From: Macrostomum lignano
Taxonomy: Eukaryota
DNA: 64,000 bases
Reading direction: 5' to 3'
Assembly (NCBI GenBank): GCA_002269645.1
Contig: NIVC01001343.1
Coordinates: 186,001 to 250,000, forward strand
Shown here: piece by piece, positions 41,001 through 64,000 of the stretch
Layout of the letters: each line of letters begins with the position of its first letter
How positions within the stretch are numbered: position 1 is the first letter of the stretch
Program-made: the position numbers and the translations under genes
The notes under the pieces: model-generated
Seen by the model: only the letters and a program-made list of their open reading frames with translations
Database searches by the model: none
What the model was told of the DNA's origin: nothing

Positions 41001-43285
41001 GTAGATTGAGATGTAGGATGAGATGCTTTCGCAATCCATTCTGTCCCTAACAAACCGCACAAAACACTTTGCTCGCAGCCACCGCGTTCTACACAGCCGT
41101 GACCTTCCCTGGCACGGAGTTCATCACGGTCACCGCCTACCAGAACCCGGAGCTCACCGATCTGAAGATCCAATTCAATCCCTACGCTAAGGGCATCCGC
41201 AATCAGGGAGACCGGTCCGGGCCGCTGCTGATTGACAGTTTCCGGCCCACCGTGCAGGCTCTGCAGCACCAGCACCAGCAGCAGCAGCAACAGCAGCAGC
41301 AACAGCAGCTTCATGTGAAAACTGAGGGCTTGAATGCGCCCAAATTTCAAGTTGAGCAACAGCCTTCTGAAGTGTAAGTTACTTGACTCTGGTGGTTTGG
41401 CGAGAAATGAACAGGAACCCTTCCCAGCTCCCTTCCTTCTCAGACCCTTCCTTTCTCTCCCTTCATTCTCAGACCCTTCCCTAATCCTCTCCCTTCATTC
41501 TCAGACCCTTCCCTTCTCTCCCTTCATTCTCAGACCCTTCCCTATTTATCTCCCTTCATTCTCAGACCCTTCCCTTCTCTCCCTTCATTCTCAGACCCTT
41601 CCCTATTTATCTCCCTTCATTCTCAGACCCTTCCCTTCTCTCCCTTCATTCTCAGACCCTTCCCTTCTCTCCCTTCATTCTCAGACCCTTCCCTATTTAT
41701 CTCCCTTCATTCTCAGACCCTTCCCTTCTCTCCCTTCATTCTCAGACCCTTCCCTATTTATCTCCCTTCATTCTCAGACCCTTCCCTTCTCTCCCTTCAT
41801 TCTCAGACCCTTCCCTTCTCTCCCTTCATTCTCAGACCCTTCCCTATTTATCTCCCTTCATTCTCAGACCCTTCCCTTCTCTCCCTTCATTCTCAGACCC
41901 TTCCCTTCTCTCCCTTCATTCTCAGACCCTTCCCTATTTATCTCCCTTCATTCTCAGACCCTTCCCTTCTCTTCCTTCATTCTCAGACCCTTCCCTTCTC
42001 CCTTCATTCTCAGACCCTTCCCTTCTCTTCCTTCATTCTCAGACCCTTCCCTTTTCTCCCTTCATTCTCAGACCCTTCCCTATTTCTCTCCCTTCATTCT
42101 CAGACCCTTCCCTTATCTCCCTTCATTCTCAGACCCTTCCCTTCTCCCTTCCTTCTCAGACCCTTCCCTTATCTCCCTTCATTCTCAGACCCTTCCCTTC
42201 TCTCCCTTCATTCTCAGACCCTTCCCTTCTCCCTTCATTCTCAGACCCTTCCCTTCTCTTCCTTCATTCTCAGACCCTTCCCTTTTCTCCCTTCATTCTC
42301 AGACCCTTCCCTATTTCTCTCCCTTCATTCTCAGACCCTTCCCTTATCTCCCTTCATTCTCAGACCCTTCCCTTCTCCCTTCCTTCTCAGACCCTTCCCT
42401 TCTCTCCCTTCATTCTCAGACCCTTCCCTTCTCTCCCTTCATTCTCAGACCCTTCCCTATTTATCTCCCTTCATTCTCAGACCCTTCCCTATTTCTCTCC
42501 CTTCATTCTCAGACCCTTCCCTTCTCTCCCTTCATTCTCAGACCCTTCCCTTCTCTCCCTTCATTCTCAGACCTTTCCCTTCTGTCTTCAGCCTAATCTG
42601 TGACTAAACTTAAGTCCCGCGCATGACTAGAAAAGCCACTTTGAATGCAAGACAATCAGCACGCGAATTCCCTCGCTCTGATTAAACCAGGTCTCCGGCT
42701 CAGGCAGTAGAATTTGGTTCTTATCCAAGCCAAACTGACTTGTCTTACGGGCGGTGGTCCAATGCGGAGTCTGTCGCTACGTCTGCATCACATCGTCACC
42801 GACCCTACAGCATCACCTCTTCATCATCAACACTTACGACAGCCAGCAATGCAGCAAAGTCTTTAGTCGCTTCGTTGGCACAACCTGGTCAAGAATTACC
42901 GGCGCAGATGCACAGTCAGGCGCGGTCATGGGGTGCAGACGCTACTGAACACGACGAAGTCAGTCAACAGCCTGAGGATTTTAGTCAGCAGTTTGCGTAC
43001 AATCCGTATCCGTGGTACCTGCCCAGCGTAAGTCATCAGCAGCAACTTGAGCAGCAGCAGCAGCATGAGCAGCAGTACCCATACTACTACTATCAGCAGT
43101 ATCAGCAGGCCTATCAGCAGCACTCAGCTCAGTTCTACTATCCAAACTATTGCTTTCAACAGCAGCAGCAGCAGACTACTCAGGAGCGTGAAACGCCTCA
43201 ACCACAGGTTTTGCAATGCTCAACTCTGCTGCACAATGCCACAGATTCCAGCCCGTCCGGACTCAGCTTTGAGCAGGCTGAGTAG
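38035..43285 (+). CDS. T-box transcription factor, divergent, 5 exons, about 505 aa
   Basis: Exons 38035-38208, 39248-39497, 40149-40352, 41079-41373 and 42691-43285 total 1518 nt in frame. Motifs: [62 protein letters not shown], followed by a Q/Y-rich tail. The start codon is less certain. Confidence 0.9.
38273..39123. repeat. 20-bp minisatellite in T-box intron 1
   Basis: GCGCCCCTGTCTCTTGGTGA / TGAAGG in tandem. Confidence 0.96.
39605..40120. repeat. 20-bp minisatellite in T-box intron 2
   Basis: GTTAGACAGGAGTGTCACCT in tandem. Confidence 0.96.
40440..41030. repeat. 12-bp minisatellite in T-box intron 3
   Basis: GATGAGATGTAG in tandem. Confidence 0.95.
41430..42580. repeat. ~29-bp pyrimidine-rich minisatellite in T-box intron 4
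   Basis: CTCCCTTCATTCTCAGACCCTTCCCTTCT in tandem. Confidence 0.95.
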
Positions 43286-44249
43286 ATTGAAACATTCGTA
43301 CGCTGTGCAACTGCTTTGTGCGTGATGTGTTTTTTGTTAAAACAAAACAGAGTTGAAAATTTTATCCTAGATATTCTTGTAGCTTTATTTGTTTAAAAAT
43401 TTCACTTGATTGCAAAAACTGCAATGTTGCGATTCTGAAAGCGAAGTTCATTTTATAATATTTTTAAAACAATTGTTTTAAATAATATTGTATAAATTAA
43501 AGACAAATGACTTAATTGGGCATTTGTCATCTTCAAATGATCTAAAATCGAAGTAAATATCTTATTTTCATCTAAGTGTTTTACGATCTGTGTTTTCTAC
43601 TAACAAATTAAGGACTATTGATCATCCACTTTGTTTATTTTAACGAAAACCCCGATTTATTTCATTTTATTTATCAATTTGTTATACTTTGTGTCTGATT
43701 AATATCTGCGCATCCTAATATCTTTTATGCTGAATAATATTTCATGCCAGCCTTGATATTTCCGTTCTCTGGGTTATCTTCGAACCGAAAGTGCATTTTT
43801 ATTATAATGCGCGGATTTCAAGGCGTCTGTTGTTTTAAGTTCAGGCTGTCATTTATTAGATTTTTCTGTGCGTTTATCTATTTTACTAAAGCGATTCTGT
43901 TCCAGTATCTTAATATGATTTTAGCATTTGTTATTATCAAGAAAAGTATTTTTTTCATTCACACGTGTCACTTCTGGCACAAAAGCTTGCGAGTTGAAAC
44001 CGGCACGTGTTGATCTGCAGTCCTTGGCGAAGTGTTCTAATAAATTTATCTTGCATTGCTCACGATTGCTCATGATCGAAAAAAAGAAATATTTTATTTA
44101 AGATAAAGCAGTTTTTACTGTGTGAATTTTTTAACTACTACAAGTAGTAAAGCAGAAGTCCCAATTTGCAAAAATCGTTGCAAAATGCATCAGCAAAGAG
44201 ATGACAATTTTTGTCATCAAAAGTTTGAAAAATAAGCTTTTGAAAAATC

Positions 44250-44700
44250 TCCTGTCTCTTGGTGGCCACGTCTGTCTCTTGGTGGCGCCCCTGTCCCTTG
44301 GTGGCCACGTCTGTCTCTTGGTGGGCGCCCCTGTCTCTTGGTGGCCACGTCTGTCTCTTGGTGGGCGCCCCCGTCTCTTGGTGGACAAACCCTGTCTCAT
44401 GGGTGGCGCCCCTGTCTCTTGGTGGTCGCCCCTGTCTCTTGGGTGGCGCCCCCGTCTCTTGGTGGGCGCCCCTGTCTCTTAATGGGCGCCCCTGTCTCTT
44501 GGTGGGCGCTCCTGTCTCTTGGTGGGCGCCCCTGTCTCTTGGTGGGCGCCCCTGTCTCTTGGTGGCCACGTCTGTCTCTTGGTGGGCGCTCCTGTCTCTT
44601 GGTGGGCGCCCCTGTCTCTTGGTGGGCGCCCCTGTCTCTTGGTGGGCGTCCCCGTCTCTTGGTTGGCGCCCCCGTCTCTTGGTAGGCGCTCCTGTCTTTT
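44250..44700. repeat. 20-21-bp minisatellite related to the 38273 array
   Basis: GGGCGCCCCTGTCTCTTGGT in tandem. Confidence 0.93.
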
Positions 44701-45489
44701 GTAGTATATGAGAGATGCACACACAGCATAGTTGTTAATCCCTTTCATCACCCGAATGTAGTCAGTCAAATTTTATGTAAAGAATACTCAGCAATAATCT
44801 TCATATATCCTAGCAGGTAGCTGCTTTATCGCGAGAGCATCTATCTATAGTAGAAGTACAACCTGCAACAAATAGGATCAATTGCAACAAAAAAAGCTAA
44901 ACAAAATTTGCAAGTCGTTTCGCATGAACGCGCCTGCCTCTTTTTTGTAAGTCAATTTTTTAACCGGCTTAGCACTGATTGAGGGAGAGAGAGAGCTGTT
45001 CTGGAGCTGTGGTTGAGGTGCCTTCGTAGGCATGCTTGAGTGAACAGTGAGGTTCAGGGGAGCTTATATAAGTTTGACAGGTGTATTGAAAGAATTTTTA
45101 ACAAATACAAATCATACAGCGCAGTGTGTGTGCAGCGCCCCTGTCTCTTGGTGGGTGCCACGTCCTAGAGGTGCAAAACTTTGAGCCCCTGTCGCTCTTC
45201 GCTTTTGGTTCCCCCTTTCTGTAGTTTTTGGAGTACAATTTTTGTGGCGGCAATTAAGGGGGTGAACCGCCCCCTGCCCCCCCCCCTCAGCGTACGCCAT
45301 CGTGTGTGGGTTTTCAATGGTGTCACATTTCTAAAATTAATTAGCAATTCCGAATTTAAACAGTAATTCTATAGGTATGAGCGACTGTTTTGCATTGAAT
45401 GAATTTGCAATATGCGCCGCATTTTATTGGTACCAGGCAGTGACAGGGCCGTGTCGTGTTTACGAGCGTAAAAGCCACTTGATGCTGGT

Positions 45490-45890
45490 GCCTCTTGGTG
45501 CTAGCGCCCCTTGGTGCTAAAGCCCCTTGGTGCTAAAGCCCCTTGGTGCTAAAGCCCCTTGGTGCTAAAGCCCCTTGGTGCTAAAGCCCCTTGGTGCTAA
45601 AGCCCCTTGGTGCTAAAGCCCCTTGGTGCTAAAGCCCCTTGGTGCTAAAGCCCCTTGGTGCTAAAGCCCCTTGGTGCTAAAGCCCCTTGGTGCTAAAGCC
45701 CCTTGGTGCTAAAGCCCCTTGGTGCTAAAGCCCCTTGGTGCTAAAGCCCCTTGGTGCTAAAGCCCCTTGGTGCTAAAGCCCCTTGGTGCTAAAGCCCCTT
45801 GGTGCTAAAGCCCCTTGGTGCTAAAGCCCCTTGGTGCTAAAGCCCCTTGGTGCTAAAGCCCCTTGGTGCTAAAGCCCCTTGGTGCTGGCG
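45490..45890. repeat. 16-bp perfect minisatellite
   Basis: GCCCCTTGGTGCTAAA in tandem. Confidence 0.96.
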
Positions 45891-46358
45891 CCCCAAATTA
45901 TTCAAGCTGTTTGTTTTGTTTTGCTACTGTTTGTCTGTTTGTTACTGCTAGCAACGCATGGCCGCAGTTTCGGCGGTATACCTGAATTGAATTTATGCTT
46001 TACAAGTAAGCGGGCTTAGCGAGCTCTTGAAGACCCATTAAGCGCAGCTAGACTTTACAATTTTTTGCTTTCTAAGAAGCCACAACGCCACTTAAGTCAG
46101 TGAATCAGTCAGTGGTCAGCAATTCTATAAGGCTGCTTGAGTGGACCAATATGTGACTACATATGTAACAGAAATTGAAAGAAGAAATTAAGCAAGGGAG
46201 GGAGACACGCACACACACTTTGCATTGGCCGAGAAAATGCCAGAAAAAAATCTCTATTTTTGGCCTCATAGTAACGACTTCCATGCAGGTGAAACGTTCT
46301 TCTCCAAAACTTGCACAGCCGGTAGCTCTACAGTTAATTAGAGTCGAGCTTAAACAGA

Positions 46359-52637
<6,279 letters not shown>

Positions 52638-52944
52638 CTGCGTTGGTTAAAACCGTAACAGTCAGCTTATTGTATTATCGTTAAAAAGAATAACGATTAT
52701 TTGTCTTGTCACACAAGCATTTTGTTTAACATTATAATTCAAACCTAAAAACTATATAATTATTTTGCTTTGCTAGAGTACATCTTAGACGTAAGTCCAT
52801 GCTTCATCTAACCAAGCCTTACGATTATCTTATCACGAGTATTTTCCAGCACTAATCAGTAAATTGTAGGCTTTTTCTATCCAAAGGTACGTACACTTCT
52901 GCGTGAATCAATAACCCGTTTACAACAGCCCATATTGTCTTGTC

Positions 52945-53465
52945 CCAAAACGACCACCACCTCATTTAGGACCCGCAAAACGACCGCCACCTGATTCCAG
53001 AGCCCCCAAAACGACCACCACCTCATTTAGGACCCGCAAAACGACCGCCACCTGATTCCAGACCCCTAAAACGACCGCCACCTCATTTCAGAGCCCCAAA
53101 ATGACCACCACCTCATTCCAGACCCCCTAAAACGTTCACCACCTCACTTCAGAGCCCCAAAATGACCACCACCTCATTTAAAACCCCCAAAATGACCACC
53201 ACCTCATTAAAAACCCCCAAAATGACCACCACCTCATTTCAGACCCCCAAAATGACCACCACCTGATTCCAGAGCCCCCAAAACGACCGCCACCTCATTC
53301 CAGAGCCCCCAAAACGACCGCCACCTCATTTCAGAGCCCCAAAACGACCGCCACCTCATTTCAGAGCCCCAAAACGACCACCACCTCATTTTAGACCCCT
53401 AAAACGACCGCCACCTCATTTCAGACCTCTAAAACGACCGCCACCTCATTTTAGAGCCCCAAAAC
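52945..53465. repeat. ~30-bp minisatellite, intergenic
   Basis: AAAACGACCACCACCTCATTTCAGAGCCCC in tandem. Confidence 0.93.
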
Positions 53466-54344
53466 GATCATTTGCCGCATTCTTCACGTCCCTAAAAGCA
53501 AATGGCAATAATATAATCTTTTAATTCTGTCAGCTTTCGAAAGTCTTCATATTTTCCACTTTTTTCCAGCAAGTCTTTCCTAATGCAGAGATTACTAGAC
53601 TAATTTAGTAGCAACAAATGATTCACTGTTAAGTTTGTAAACTTTGGAACAATAGTTATTCATAGCCAAGGTTTGGATAACAAAAACGTAGCATAATGTG
53701 CATACAGTATATTTTTGCTTTCCGTGTACTAATAATTTATAACACTATTCGACATTCTCACGCGGAAATTCTCGCACGATGCTGACAAATAAAAAAGCAA
53801 TATTTGATATTATAAATTTTAAACGTATGCAAACGTTTTTTTGTGAGATTCTAAGAAATCCTGCGATTTTAAAAAATTATGCCATTAAAACACATTTTCG
53901 GAACAGTCGTTAAACTAAATGGTTGTAAAATTATTTATTTCTTCAGTTAGGATTCAGAGACAGACTATGATAGTGAATAAGTAAAAAATCTCTCAAAACT
54001 CGTATCTTATTATATTTATATTTATATCAATGGTAATATTTTAACCGAAATTCGGTACAAATCTCGAAAAAATTCTCGAGACAGAAAAGCAATACAATCC
54101 AAGAAGGCACAAGTGGAAAAAATATTCAGCAATTTAGGAAACAATCTATCGTTTAGCTCGTAAAACACCGTAAAGTTTACATCAATTCTAGTGATTAAAA
54201 AAACTGTATTGAACACAGATAATATCCGCGACTCTGAAATCTGTGGGAGAGCTTTTGCACTTGCCAAACTGATAGCGAATTTTTGCAGAAATTTCAAAGT
54301 AAAAGAAAGAGTTAGGAACATTCGCGCTTGCAGAAAATATAGAT

Positions 54345-55010
54345 TCTAGAGTGGCGCCATCCACAGGGAGCGATTCTAGAGTGGCGCCATCCACAGGGAG
54401 CGATTCTAGAGTGGCGCCATCCACAGGGCGCGATTCTAGAGTGGCGCCATCCACAGGGAGCGATTCTAGAGTGGCGCCATCCACAGGGAGCGATTCTAGA
54501 GTGGCGCCATCCACAGGGCGCGATTCTAGAGTGGCGCCATCCACAGGGTGCGATTCTAGAGTGGCGCCATCCACAGGGAGCGATTCTAGAGTGGCGCCAT
54601 CCACAGGGTGCGATTCTAGAGTGGCGCCATCCACAGGGCGCGATTCTAGAGTGGCGCCATCCACAGGGAGCGATTCTAGAGTGGCGCCATCCACAGGGAG
54701 CGATTCTAGAGTGGCGCCATCCACAGGGCGCGATTCTAGAGTGGCGCCATCCACAGGGAGCGATTCTAGAGTGGCGCCATCCACAGGGTGCGATTCTAGA
54801 GTGGCGCCATCCACAGGGAGCGATTCTAGAGTGGCGCCATCGGTAAGAGGGGGCGATTCTAGAGTGACGTCATTGATTGGGGGCGATTCTAGAGTGACGT
54901 CATTGATTGGGGGCGATTCTAGAGTGACATCATCGATTGGGGGCGATTCTAGAGTGGCGTCATCGATTAGGGGCGATTCTAGAGTGACGTCATCGATTGG
55001 GGGAGGCGAT
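54345..55010. repeat. 30-bp minisatellite downstream of the kinesin gene
   Basis: GATTCTAGAGTGGCGCCATCCACAGGGAGC in tandem, with a diverged distal block. Confidence 0.95.
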
Positions 55011-55129
55011 TCTAGAGTATCTAAAGGCTTACTGTTTAACCAATAGAGGAATGCAGCTTGTACATGTATTTATATTTGTTAATTCGTTGTCAATAAAAAC
55101 GGAGGAACGAGATGACGACAAACTGCCTG

Positions 55130-63461
<8,332 letters not shown>

Positions 63462-63549
63462 CTGAGAAGATTAAGGCGTAAATTTTGGGGATCATCCAGA
63501 GCGACTGTGAGTCATCGGTGCTTAAAATTATATATCTTGTTCATATGAC

Positions 63550-64000
63550 AGAGATTAGTGCTCACACACAGTGAGATTAGTGACCACACACACAGTGAGA
63601 TTAGTGATCACACACAGATTGTGATCACACACAGATCAGTGATCACACACAGATCAGTGATCACACACAGATTGTGATCACACACAGATCAGTGATCACA
63701 CAGAGATCAGTGATCACACACAGATCAGTGATCACACACAGATCAGTGATCACACACAGATCAGTGATCACACACAGATCAGTGATCACACACAGATCAG
63801 TGATCACACACAGATCAGTGATCACACACAGATCAGTGATCACACACAGATCAGTGATCACACACAGATTAGTGATCACACACACAGAGGGATCAGTAAT
63901 CACACAAATAGAGAGATCAGTGATCACACACATAGAGAGATTAGTGATCACACACACAGAGGAATCAGTAATCACACATATAGAGAGATCAGTGATCACA
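63550..64000. repeat. 18-bp minisatellite in a kinesin intron, running off the window
   Basis: GTGATCACACACAGATCA in tandem. Confidence 0.95.

Overview
Eukaryotic (metazoan) genomic DNA with spliced genes whose introns are mostly filled by distinct minisatellites. GC-rich exons, poly-Q tracts and repeat-filled introns suggest an invertebrate, possibly a free-living flatworm such as Macrostomum (inference only). I reconstructed exons by hand from GT-AG sites and frame continuity. Host genes: a sesquipedalian/PHETA-like PH-domain gene (-), SGSM3 (+), GMPPA (-), UBE2G2 (-), a divergent T-box gene (+), a 410-aa orphan gene with a kinesin-13-tail-like C-terminus (+), and the 3' part of a KIF28/KLP-6-type kinesin-3 ending in a CaaX box (-). 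A 6.0-kb CACTA/EnSpm-type DNA transposon (28786-34807) has TIRs, a 2-bp TSD, CAACG subterminal repeats, a disrupted transposase and an intact 5-exon accessory gene. A CORE-type SINE lies in the PH-gene intron. Most long ORFs in the supplied track are translations of tandem repeats. Family assignments rest on motifs recalled from memory; no database search was run.
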